Shown: piece by piece, positions 11,333-19,766 of the stretch
How positions within the stretch are numbered: the stretch's first letter is position 1
Layout: each line of letters starts with the position of its first letter
Source: an uncultured Eubacteriales bacterium
GTDB lineage: Bacteria; Bacillota; Peptococcia; Peptococcales; SKKY01
Length of the DNA: 64,000 bases
Reading direction: 5' to 3'
NCBI GenBank assembly: GCA_964622305.1
Contig: CAZUPR010000001.1
Location: forward strand, 5,433-69,432
Program-made: the position numbers and the translations under genes
Notes under the pieces: generated by a model
Databases searched by the model: none
What the model saw: only the letters and a program-made list of their open reading frames with translations
What the model was told of the DNA's origin: nothing

Positions 11333-12582
11333 TTATTTTCCCTTCTTTTGAAAAATTTATTATTAATTAATTTATCTGGCAAATACTGTTGATCAACCCA
11401 ATTACCCTCATAATTATGAGGATAAAGATAACCTTCACCACCATGAGAACGCAAATGTCTGGGAACCGGGTATATTTTACCATTGGAAATTTCTTTCATT
11501 GAGTAGTTAATACTCTCATAAGCCTGGTTGTTTTTTTTAGCCAGGGCACAGTAGAGGGCTGCATGAGAAAGGGTAATTCTGGCTTCAGGCATTCCCAATC
11601 TTTCAACAGCCTGATAAGCAGCCAAAACAAGAGGCAAAGCCTGGCTGTCTGCCAGGCCAATATCTTCAGAAGCGAAGATTAAAATTCTTCTGGCTATAAA
11701 CAAAGGATCTTCCCCAGCTTCAAGCATAAGAGCCAAATAGTATACAGTTGCATCAGGATCGGACCCTCTCATGCTTTTTATAAATGCTGAGATAACATCA
11801 TAATGCTGGTCGCCACTTTTATCATAAGTAACTGCAGGCTTTTGTATGGACTCCTGAGCAACCTCAAGATCAATCTTCCGGACTCCTTCCTTATCAGGCA
11901 TTGAAGATAATACAGCTGTTTCCAGAGCATTTAAAGCCTTTCTGGCATCGCCGGAAGCAAAATAAACTATATGATCCAGGGCATCACTTTTTAGATCAAT
12001 CTGGAAGTTTCCCAGTCCTCTTTCTTTATCGCTTATTGCCTCTTCTAATATTTCTTTTATATCTTCTTTTTCCAGTTTTTTTATAGGAAAAACATTGAGC
12101 CTCGATAAAAGAGCTGAGTTTACTGAAAAGTAAGGATTTTCTGTTGTAGCTCCTATTAGTGTGATAAGTCCTGCCTCGACTGAAGGAAGGAGAGCATCTT
12201 GCTGAGATTTATTAAAACGGTGGATTTCATCAATAAAAAGGATGGTCTCCTGGCCGTAAAACTTTTTATTGTCTTCAGCCTTGTTTATTATTTTTTTTAT
12301 ATCCTGTACTCCACTGACAACGGCATTGATTTTGTTAAAATCTGCCTGACTGCTATTAGCTATAGCCATGGCAATAGTGGTTTTTCCTGTGCCTGGAGGC
12401 CCGTGAAAAATCATTGACCCCATCTTTTCAGCTTTAAGAAGCCTGTTTAAAAGTTTGCCCGGGCCCAAAATATGGGACTGGCCTTTAATATTTTCTATTT
12501 TTTCAGGCCTCATTCTGTCAGCCAGGGGAGCATTCTTTTTCTTGTCTAAATTACTATAATCAAATAAATCCAAAAAAATCAC
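11329..12582 (-). CDS. rarA: Replication-associated recombination protein A (RarA/MgsA AAA+ ATPase)
   Basis: 417 aa. Walker A GPPGTGKTT, Walker B FIDEIH. The true start may be TTG at 12571-12573, preceded by AGGTGA. Confidence 0.93.
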   Translation of the reverse strand: MIFLDLFDYSNLDKKKNAPLADRMRPEKIENIKGQSHILGPGKLLNRLLKAEKMGSMIFHGPPGTGKTTIAMAIANSSQADFNKINAVVSGVQDIKKIINKAEDNKKFYGQETILFIDEIHRFNKSQQDALLPSVEAGLITLIGATTENPYFSVNSALLSRLNVFPIKKLEKEDIKEILEEAISDKERGLGNFQIDLKSDALDHIVYFASGDARKALNALETAVLSSMPDKEGVRKIDLEVAQESIQKPAVTYDKSGDQHYDVISAFIKSMRGSDPDATVYYLALMLEAGEDPLFIARRILIFASEDIGLADSQALPLVLAAYQAVERLGMPEARITLSHAALYCALAKKNNQAYESINYSMKEISNGKIYPVPRHLRSHGGEGYLYPHNYEGNWVDQQYLPDKLINNKFFKRRENK

Positions 12583-12594
12583 CTGTAATATTTT

Positions 12595-13329
12595 CTAGAT
12601 TACAAAACCACCATTAGGGCTTATAATCTGACCCGTTATAAAATCAGCCTCTGATAAAGATAAATAAAGAGCAAGACTGGCTATATCTTCCGGTTTTCCC
12701 AGACGCATAAGAGGAGTGTCCTGGCAAAGACATGAGAGAGATTCAGAAGAAAGCCCCTTATTCATATCCGTTTCAATAACCCCTGGGGAAATGGAATTTA
12801 CCTGGATACCAGAAGGGCCAACTTCTTTGGCCAGAGCCTTAGTAAAGCCAATCATACCTGCTTTACTGGTTGAGTAATGGACTTCGCAAGAAGCTCCTAC
12901 CATGCCCCAGATTGAAGAGATATTTATAATTTTTCCGGACTTTTTTCGGATCATCTCCGGAAGAGCCCTTTGGCAGCAATAGAACATCCCCTTAAGGTTA
13001 ACGTCAATCATTAAATCCCAGTCAGCATCATTAATATCAGAAAAAAGCTTAAACTGACTGATGCCTGCATTATTTATTAGAATGTCTGGAGCCGAGAACT
13101 TTTCTTCAGTAAAAGAAAATATTTTTTCTACATCTTCTCTTTTAGTAATATCACCTTGTACACCATAGATTTGGCAGCCTGCTTGCTGCATCCTCTCTTC
13201 AAGGTCTTTTGCTTCCTCAAAGGATTTAAAATAATTAAATATCACCCTATAACCTTTCAGGGCAAAACTTTCAGCCATAGAACGACCGATTCCTTTTGCC
13301 CCTCCGGTTATTAATACTATTTTATTCAA
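12595..13329 (-). CDS. SDR-family oxidoreductase (FabG-like)
   Basis: 244 aa. TGGAKGIG, NNAG and YSTSK classical SDR motifs. Confidence 0.85.
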   Translation of the reverse strand: MNKIVLITGGAKGIGRSMAESFALKGYRVIFNYFKSFEEAKDLEERMQQAGCQIYGVQGDITKREDVEKIFSFTEEKFSAPDILINNAGISQFKLFSDINDADWDLMIDVNLKGMFYCCQRALPEMIRKKSGKIINISSIWGMVGASCEVHYSTSKAGMIGFTKALAKEVGPSGIQVNSISPGVIETDMNKGLSSESLSCLCQDTPLMRLGKPEDIASLALYLSLSEADFITGQIISPNGGFVI

Positions 13330-13355
13330 GACTTCCTACCTTCCTTTTGAGCAAT

Positions 13356-15000
13356 TTAAATTTCAATCCTGTTTTTACCCAATCTTTTTGCCTTGTAAAG
13401 CAATTGGTCAGCCTCTTTTATGATATCTGTCTTATCATTTGTAAGTTCAGCTACACCACCACTTATTGTAATATAAACTCCTGTCCTTGCAAATATTTCT
13501 GCTTCTATTTTACTCCTTATCCTTTCGGCAATGACAAAGGCACTTTTAATATCAGCTTTGAAAATTATTAAAAATTCCTCACCACCATAACGGGCTGCTA
13601 TATCATTTTCTCTTATATTCTCTTTTATTATATTAGCAGTTTCAAGTAAAACCAGGTCACCTTTTTTGTGACCATAGGTATCATTGACCATTTTAAAATT
13701 ATCCAGGTCCATCATGGCAAATGAGTATTTTTTGTCATTTTTCTTCTTCTGAATTTCTTCAACCATCTGACAAACGTATCTGTGATTAAAAAGGCCCGTT
13801 AAACCATCCTTATTAGAGATATCTTCCAAAAATTCTATCTGCTCTCTTTCAGAGGATATTTTAAGAGAAAAGTTTTTATTAACCTCAAAAATCAGAATAA
13901 TAACAAAAACGATGACTCCAAGGGTAAAAGATGTAATTATTTTTGTTCCCAATTGGGTAGAGACAATTTCTATCAATGAGGATACCAATAAAAACAAGGT
14001 GCCCAAAAGAAGCCCTTTACTGCTTTTTTCATCTCTAAAAGTATTTATCAAAATTAAATAGAAAATATAAAGGCCAAGAATTAATGAGACTATATTAACC
14101 CCAATTAAAAGCCTGCTGAAAACATAGGGTGGAGCTAAGATAACAATAATCGAATTTATTAAATAAAATATAATTCCAAACTTAATCAATGGATCAATTT
14201 CTTTATCCAGGTAATTAAAAACAAAGAGAATAAAGAAAACCACTGATAAATAATAGGAGAGATAATCTCCCTTGATTATTGCAGTCCAGGACAGATCAGG
14301 CAAAAAAGTCAAAATCAAAAGATCGGCTGTAAATAATAACCTTACAGCAAGGCCTGCTAAAAATAGTGAAATATAAACAAAAACCTTTTCTCGGCCAGTG
14401 TAATAACCAATACTAAAATAAATAAAAGAAGTGGTAAGAAGGAAGCCAATAATAAGCATATAAGCAGCATTTCTGTTTGTGTCTATTTCTTTAATGTTCT
14501 CCAGATTGCCTATAATTATATTTTCTCTAATCCCACCCTTATAGTGACTATGATTAGAAACTTCAATTTTTAGTTCGTTTTTTTCCTCAGAGGGAAGAAA
14601 AGAAAAAATCTTTACTTGCGCGGCTGGCTGATGTTGATCCTTAGCCTCCCCAACCTGACCAAGTTGACTAATAGGCTGGTCATTAAGATATACTTTATAA
14701 GCTGTGTAGATATTATTTAGCTTGAGATAATATATTTCATTGGGATTAAGGATAAGGTTTATACTATAGCAGCCCATACCATAGCTGCCCATTTTTTTAC
14801 CATCTAAGGAATAATTATTCCATTTGCCTGGTATTTTTACATAAAAAGACTTATCCTCTTTCCTTTATATCGAAAAATCCTTCTTTAACTGAGGCATTTA
14901 CAGGTTGTATTCTGTCTATAAGAATAAGTGAAAAAAGTATTAAAAGAAGTAAAAAAACTGCTCTAATAATTTTTCCTTTGTTAAAAACCATTGCTATCAT
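13356..15000 (-). pseudogene. 7TMR-DISM (DISMED2 + 7TM) diguanylate cyclase split by a frameshift
   Basis: The long ORF 13356-14792 has 7 TM segments, a GGDEF domain (RYGGEEF) and I-site REND. The signal-peptide/N-terminal piece (MIAMVFNKG...EGFFDIKERG*, 14851-15000) is in another frame. The main frame stays open up to 14864 and continues the same extracellular domain (KEDKSFYVKIPGKWNNY). Confidence 0.65.
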
Positions 15001-15050
15001 CCCCTTATAGGCAATTGGTCACAAATCCTTACCTTATTTTCTTAATTTCT

Positions 15051-15079
15051 AAAAAAAAAGAACCTTTTCAGGCTCTTTT
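15051..15079 (-). terminator. Rho-independent terminator after trxA
   Basis: Minus-strand RNA AAGAGCC-UGAAAA-GGUUCUU followed by U9. Confidence 0.75.
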
Positions 15080-15113
15080 CTAAATAATCATTTTAAATTT
15101 TAACTAGTAAAAG

Positions 15114-15431
15114 TTAGATGGCAGCTTCAATAAATTTAATTAATTCTTCTTTAGGAGTAAAGCCAATTGTTCTTGCGACTTCTGCCCCGTCTTTAAAGAG
15201 AATCATTGTAGGGATACTCATAACACCATATTTTTGCGCATATAGCTGGTTATCATCAACATTTAACTTTCCAACATTAACTTTTCCATCCATATCTGCT
15301 GCCAGAGCTTCAACAACTGGTCCTACCATTTTACAAGGTCCACACCAGGGAGCCCAAAAGTCCACAAAAACTGGCTTGTCTGATTTTAAAACTTCACTTT
15401 CAAAATTTGCATCTGTAAATTCTTTTAACAT
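15114..15431 (-). CDS. trxA: Thioredoxin
   Basis: 105 aa. Canonical WCGPC active site. Confidence 0.96.
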   Translation of the reverse strand: MLKEFTDANFESEVLKSDKPVFVDFWAPWCGPCKMVGPVVEALAADMDGKVNVGKLNVDDNQLYAQKYGVMSIPTMILFKDGAEVARTIGFTPKEELIKFIEAAI

Positions 15432-15449
15432 TCTAACTTCCTCCTCCTA

Positions 15450-15725
15450 TTATCTGGTAAAAATTGATAAAGTTCTCATTAATTCTTCCATCTTGTCATT
15501 TTCATCATAACCTTCTCTTGAGGATTTGAAACACTCTTGAGCATAGTTTTCAAAAATTAAGAGGCCTGATTTATTCAAGGCAGACTTTACAGCTGCAACT
15601 TGAATTAAAATATCTGAGCAAGGAGCCTGGTTTTCTACCATTTTTTGGATACCCCTTATTTGCCCTTCAATTTTTTTGAGCCTGGTAATAATATTTTTTT
15701 CCAGCTCTTCTCTTTTATCATTCAT
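15450..15725 (-). CDS. CsoR/RcnR/CstR-family (DUF156) metal- or thiol-sensing transcriptional repressor
   Basis: 91 aa. N-terminal RLKKIEGQIRGIQKMV helix. Cys in APCSD and Cys in AQEC, with no His four residues before the second Cys. Confidence 0.85.
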   Translation of the reverse strand: MNDKREELEKNIITRLKKIEGQIRGIQKMVENQAPCSDILIQVAAVKSALNKSGLLIFENYAQECFKSSREGYDENDKMEELMRTLSIFTR

Positions 15726-15729
15726 TTCA

Positions 15730-15746
15730 ATACCCCCATACGGTAT
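15730..15746 (-). promoter_or_regulatory. Candidate CsoR-type operator (ATACC-N7-GGTAT with a G5 tract)
   Basis: The minus strand reads ATACCGTATGGGGGTAT. It lies between the predicted -10 and the start codon of the regulator gene. It resembles GC-tract-centred CsoR-family boxes. Confidence 0.45.
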
Positions 15747-15751
15747 ATCTA

Positions 15752-15780
15752 ATGATACTAAGTCTTACTTTATTTGTCAA
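15752..15780 (-). promoter_or_regulatory. Candidate sigma-A promoter (TTGACA-17 nt-TATCAT) of the csoR-like/trxA operon
   Basis: Consensus -35, 17-nt spacer, and a -10 matching in 4 of 6 positions. Overlaps the tcdA stop codon. Confidence 0.5.
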
Positions 15781-16466
15781 GTATTTACTATTTGATTAAT
15801 TACCCTTTCTGCCAGTTTTAAGCCTCCCTGACCAGGAACATAAGCAACAGAGGCAATATTACGGTCGCTTACAGTCACATCAGTTGGAGATGCAGAAAAA
15901 AGAACTTCTACACCCTTATAGATACCCTCTTCTTTAAGCTTCTTTCTTAGTTTTCTGGCCAAAGGACATCCATGACTTTTACTTATATCATCAATTTTAT
16001 AATCTTTAAAGGCATAACGGTTTCCTGTACCCATGCTGGAAATTATTTTCAGGTCATTCTGCAGGCAATATTTAATAATTGCTATTTTACCATCAATATC
16101 ATCAATAGCATCAACAACATAATCAGAATCTAAAGGAATAAAAGCAGCTGCATTACTTTGATCTGCTCTTTCTGCAAATTTTCTAACTTTAACATCTGGA
16201 TTTATAAGCTTCATTCTTTTTTCTGCTGCATCAACCTTATATTCACCAAGATTGTCCCTTAAGGCTATAAGCTGGCGATTAAGGTTAGTTATATTTATAG
16301 TATCGTAGTCAACCAGTACAAAATCTTCTACCCCTGATCTTACCAGGGCTTCCAGGGCATATGATCCAACCCCTCCTACACCAAAAAGTACTATTCTGCT
16401 TTTTTGAAGTTTGTTTACTTTCTCCTGGCCAAAAAGGAGTCTTGTTCTGGTAAGAAAATCTTCCAT
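15777..16466 (-). CDS. tcdA: tRNA threonylcarbamoyladenosine dehydratase TcdA (ThiF family, YrvM)
   Basis: Start supported at ATG 16464-16466 (MEDFLTRTRLLFG) with AGGTGA upstream. GxGxxG motif LFGVGGVGSYALE. The 63-codon N-terminal extension in the ORF track overlaps the ncRNA. Confidence 0.88.
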   Translation of the reverse strand: MEDFLTRTRLLFGQEKVNKLQKSRIVLFGVGGVGSYALEALVRSGVEDFVLVDYDTINITNLNRQLIALRDNLGEYKVDAAEKRMKLINPDVKVRKFAERADQSNAAAFIPLDSDYVVDAIDDIDGKIAIIKYCLQNDLKIISSMGTGNRYAFKDYKIDDISKSHGCPLARKLRKKLKEEGIYKGVEVLFSASPTDVTVSDRNIASVAYVPGQGGLKLAERVINQIVNT

Positions 16467-16491
16467 TTTAATCACCTGTTTTTTTATATAG

Positions 16492-16670
16492 AAAAACCCC
16501 ACAATGCCGCTTTCCCAGTTTATATTTGAACCTGCCCAAGCAGGTGGGTGTCCTCTCATTCGCTTCTTAAGTCCATTGAAGGCTTTTATTCCACGAACAA
16601 AGTCAGACTCCCAATAAAAATGTGTTGGCTCAAATAAAAACCAGTTTATGCGCACACCGCAGGGTTTCTT
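16492..16670 (-). ncRNA. ssrS: Candidate 6S RNA (SsrS, 6S-1/BsrA-like)
   Basis: A ~179-nt element in the 255-nt aspS-tcdA gap, the locus of B. subtilis bsrA. It has its own promoter. The 5' strand AGAAACCCUGCGGUGU pairs with the 3' strand GCAUUGUGGGGUUUUU in a ~16-bp closing helix. There is an internal hairpin ACCUGC-UUGG-GCAGGU (16530-16545). The region has no coding signal. Confidence 0.6.
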
Positions 16671-16676
16671 AATAAA

Positions 16677-16705
16677 ATTTTATCATATTTGGCCTTATTT
16701 AACAA
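16677..16705 (-). promoter_or_regulatory. Candidate sigma-A promoter (TTGTTA-17 nt-TAAAAT) of the 6S-like RNA
   Basis: Hexamers with a 17-nt spacer, ending about 7 nt upstream of the predicted closing-helix 5' end. Confidence 0.5.
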
Positions 16706-16721
16706 TAAAGCCTGGTTAAAT

Positions 16722-18503
16722 CTATTTTTTTTCTTTCACATTTAGTTTAATATGAAGTTCCTTTAGTTGCTTGTCGGCAACATCTGATGGAGCGTTTGTC
16801 ATTAAATCAGTAGCACTTTGAGTTTTTGGAAAAGGAATTACCTCACGGATACTATCTTTTTTAGCCATAAGCATTACTAATCTGTCTATACCAAAAGCCA
16901 GTCCACCATGTGGAGGGGTTCCGTATTCAAAAGCATCCAATAAATAGCCAAACTTTTCTTTTGCCTCTTGTTCAGAAAGTCCAAGAAGGGCAAACATTTT
17001 TTCCTGTAAATCTCTATTATAAATTCTTAGACTTCCTCCACCGATTTCAACGCCGTTTAGGACCATATCATAAGCTTCAGCTCTGATTTGACCAGCCTTA
17101 TCACTTGTCATCAGTTCAATATCTTCTTTTATAGGTGATGTAAAAGGATGGTGCATTGCAGTATATCTTTTTTCATCTTCATCCCATTCAAGAAGTGGGA
17201 AATCAATAACCCAAAGAAGGTTTAGTTCATCTTCATCAATCAAATTCTTAATTTTAGCAATTTCAATTCTTAAGTGCCCAAGACTTTCTGCAACAACAAC
17301 TGGTTTATCAGCAACAAAAAGTAAAAGGTCGCCATCTTCTGCCTGCAGACGGTCAAGAATAGCCTGCATCTGCTCCTGGTTAAAGAATTTAGCTATTGGT
17401 GATCTGACCTCGCCGTTTTCAACAATAATATAAGCTAAACCTTTAGCACCATAAATTGCAGCATACTTGGTTAAATCATCTATTTCTTTCCTGGAGAAGC
17501 CTGCGCAAGCCTTGGCATTAATAGCTTTTACTTGGCCGCCAGCCTTTGCAATGTCAGCAAAAACTTTAAAATCGCTTGCTGCAGCTATATCAGTTAAATC
17601 TCTTAATTCCATGCCAAAACGCAAATCAGGCTTATCAGAACCATACTTATCTATTGCTTCAGCATAGGTCATCCTTCTAAGAGGTAGCTTAACCTCTCTG
17701 CCCAGAGCTTCTTTAAAAACATAAGCAACAAGCTCTTCATTAAGAGTTAAGATATCATCTTTATCCATAAAAGAAACTTCCATATCAAGCTGAGTAAATT
17801 CTGGCTGACGGTCGGCTCTTAAATCCTCGTCCCTGAAGCAACGGGCAATTTGAAAGTATTTTTCATAGCCTGCAACCATTAGAAGCTGCTTAAATAATTG
17901 AGGTGATTGGGGCAGAGCATAGAAAGAGCCTGGGTTTACCCTGCTTGGAACCAGATAGTCTCTGGCACCTTCTGGTGAACTTTTTGTAAGTATTGGCGTT
18001 TCTATTTCTAAGAAATCTTTTTTGTCTAAAAAGTCTCTGATAGCTTTAATGGTTTTGTGCCTTAGAATGAGATTCTTTTGCATTTCTGGTCTTCTTAAAT
18101 CCAGATATCTGTATCTGAGGCGGACGCTTTCATCTACATCAATATCATCAGAAATCATAAAAGGTGGAGTTTTTGAACGATTTAGAAGCTCTAAATTTTC
18201 TGCAAAAATTTCTACCTGACCTGTTTTAAGCTTGTCATTATACATATCTTCTGGTCTGAGTCTTACTCTTCCCTTTATAGCAACAACATACTCATTTCTG
18301 ATTTGTTCAGCAAGTGAAAATACCTCCTGGCCCAAGTCTGGGTTAAATACTACCTGGCAGACAGCTGACCTATCTCTTAAATCCAAGAAAATTAGCCCCC
18401 CATGGTCCCTTCTTTTTTGTACCCAACCTGTAAGGACAACCTCCTGACCATCAAGCTCTTTTTGCATTTCAATAATTTTGTGTGTTCTTTTTAATTCAAT
18501 CAT
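16722..18503 (-). CDS. aspS: Aspartate--tRNA ligase
   Basis: 593 aa. Class II motifs including FRDEDLRADRQPEFTQLD and GGLAFGIDR. Confidence 0.97.
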   Translation of the reverse strand: MIELKRTHKIIEMQKELDGQEVVLTGWVQKRRDHGGLIFLDLRDRSAVCQVVFNPDLGQEVFSLAEQIRNEYVVAIKGRVRLRPEDMYNDKLKTGQVEIFAENLELLNRSKTPPFMISDDIDVDESVRLRYRYLDLRRPEMQKNLILRHKTIKAIRDFLDKKDFLEIETPILTKSSPEGARDYLVPSRVNPGSFYALPQSPQLFKQLLMVAGYEKYFQIARCFRDEDLRADRQPEFTQLDMEVSFMDKDDILTLNEELVAYVFKEALGREVKLPLRRMTYAEAIDKYGSDKPDLRFGMELRDLTDIAAASDFKVFADIAKAGGQVKAINAKACAGFSRKEIDDLTKYAAIYGAKGLAYIIVENGEVRSPIAKFFNQEQMQAILDRLQAEDGDLLLFVADKPVVVAESLGHLRIEIAKIKNLIDEDELNLLWVIDFPLLEWDEDEKRYTAMHHPFTSPIKEDIELMTSDKAGQIRAEAYDMVLNGVEIGGGSLRIYNRDLQEKMFALLGLSEQEAKEKFGYLLDAFEYGTPPHGGLAFGIDRLVMLMAKKDSIREVIPFPKTQSATDLMTNAPSDVADKQLKELHIKLNVKEKK

Positions 18504-18506
18504 CCT

Positions 18507-19766
18507 TTATTGCTCCCCCTCAAGATTTTCTAAAAAAGTGGTTAAATCAATTTCTTCCTGATTTCCACTAATCATATCCCTTAACATTATACTGCCATTT
18601 TTAATTTCATTTTCGCCAATAATTATTGTATGTTTTGCCTTTAGTTTATCAGCTGCCTTTAATCTGTTTTTAAAAGATTTGTTTTGGTAATCAAACTCTG
18701 TGTAAAAAGATTTTTCCCTCAACATATTTGCCAGCTTAAAGACTCTGATTTCGGCTTCTTTTCCCATACCAATAATATAATAATCTAAAGTCCTGGGGGA
18801 ATCTACTTCTATTTTTCTCTCTTCCATAAGAAGAAGTATTCTTTCCATGCCCATGGCAAAACCTATGCCTGGAACATCTATCTTTCCTATAGATCCGACA
18901 AGTCCATTGTAGCGTCCTCCGCCGCAGACTGTTCCCTGGGCAGCAAATTCTTTGGCTATTATTTCAAAAGCTGTATTGGTGTAATAATCCAGCCCTCTGA
19001 CCATTCGTGGATTTTCCAAATATTTTATGCCTGATGAAGTCAAAAGTTCCTTAACATTTGCATAATGCGGGCCACAATCATCACAAAGGTAATCAGTAAT
19101 TATTGGGGCTCCTTCTGAAACTTTTTGGCAGCTTTCATTCTTACAGTCCAAAATCCGTAAAGGATTTCTTTCCAGCCTGTCCAGGCAGGCGGAACAAAGC
19201 TGATCTTTTTTATCTGAAAAATAAGCTTGCAGGGCTTTGGTGTATAAAGGTTTGCATTCAGGGCAACCAACAGAATTTATATGTAGTTCCAGGCTATCCA
19301 AACCTATTCTTTTAAGAATAAAAAGAGCCAGTTTGATAACATCAGCATCAGTGACAGCCTCAGATGAGCCTAAGAACTCAACACCGTATTGATTAAATTG
19401 TTTATATCTGCCCTTTTGTGGTCTTTCATATCTGAACATAGGCCCCATGTAATATAGTTTTCTTACTGCTCCGTCGCCGTACATTTTATTTTCTAAAAAA
19501 GCCCGGCAAACACTGGCAGTCCCCTCTGGACGCAAGGTGATACTTCTGTCTCCCTTATCTTTAAAGGTGTACATTTCTTTTCCTACTATATCAGTTGTAT
19601 CACCAACACCTCTGATAAACAATTCTGTGTGTTCAAAAAAAGGTGTTCTTATTTCCTGGTAACCAAAAGTTTCTGAAGCCTGCCTTAAGAGTTTTTCCAA
19701 ATAATGCCATCTTCCCATCTCTTCAGGCAAAATATCATTGGTTCCTTTGGGTCTTCTAATTTCCAT
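18507..19766 (-). CDS. hisS: Histidine--tRNA ligase
   Basis: 419 aa. LRPEGT, MFRYERPQKGR and GGGRYNGL motifs. Confidence 0.97.
   Translation of the reverse strand: MEIRRPKGTNDILPEEMGRWHYLEKLLRQASETFGYQEIRTPFFEHTELFIRGVGDTTDIVGKEMYTFKDKGDRSITLRPEGTASVCRAFLENKMYGDGAVRKLYYMGPMFRYERPQKGRYKQFNQYGVEFLGSSEAVTDADVIKLALFILKRIGLDSLELHINSVGCPECKPLYTKALQAYFSDKKDQLCSACLDRLERNPLRILDCKNESCQKVSEGAPIITDYLCDDCGPHYANVKELLTSSGIKYLENPRMVRGLDYYTNTAFEIIAKEFAAQGTVCGGGRYNGLVGSIGKIDVPGIGFAMGMERILLLMEERKIEVDSPRTLDYYIIGMGKEAEIRVFKLANMLREKSFYTEFDYQNKSFKNRLKAADKLKAKHTIIIGENEIKNGSIMLRDMISGNQEEIDLTTFLENLEGEQ

Noticed and set aside
16467-16655. 63-codon N-terminal extension of the tcdA ORF (MRINWFLFEPTHFYWESDF…).
   Set aside because: The sequence does not look like a protein and has no SD. 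The conserved ThiF-family protein starts at MEDFLTR (16466), which has a good SD. The region is better explained as the 6S-like RNA.
16467-16721. Possible T-box or other riboswitch leader for tcdA.
   Set aside because: There is no T-box core (GGGUGGnACCGCG) and no terminator/antiterminator pair. The ends pair into one long closing helix, and the locus matches the B. subtilis 6S-1 position.
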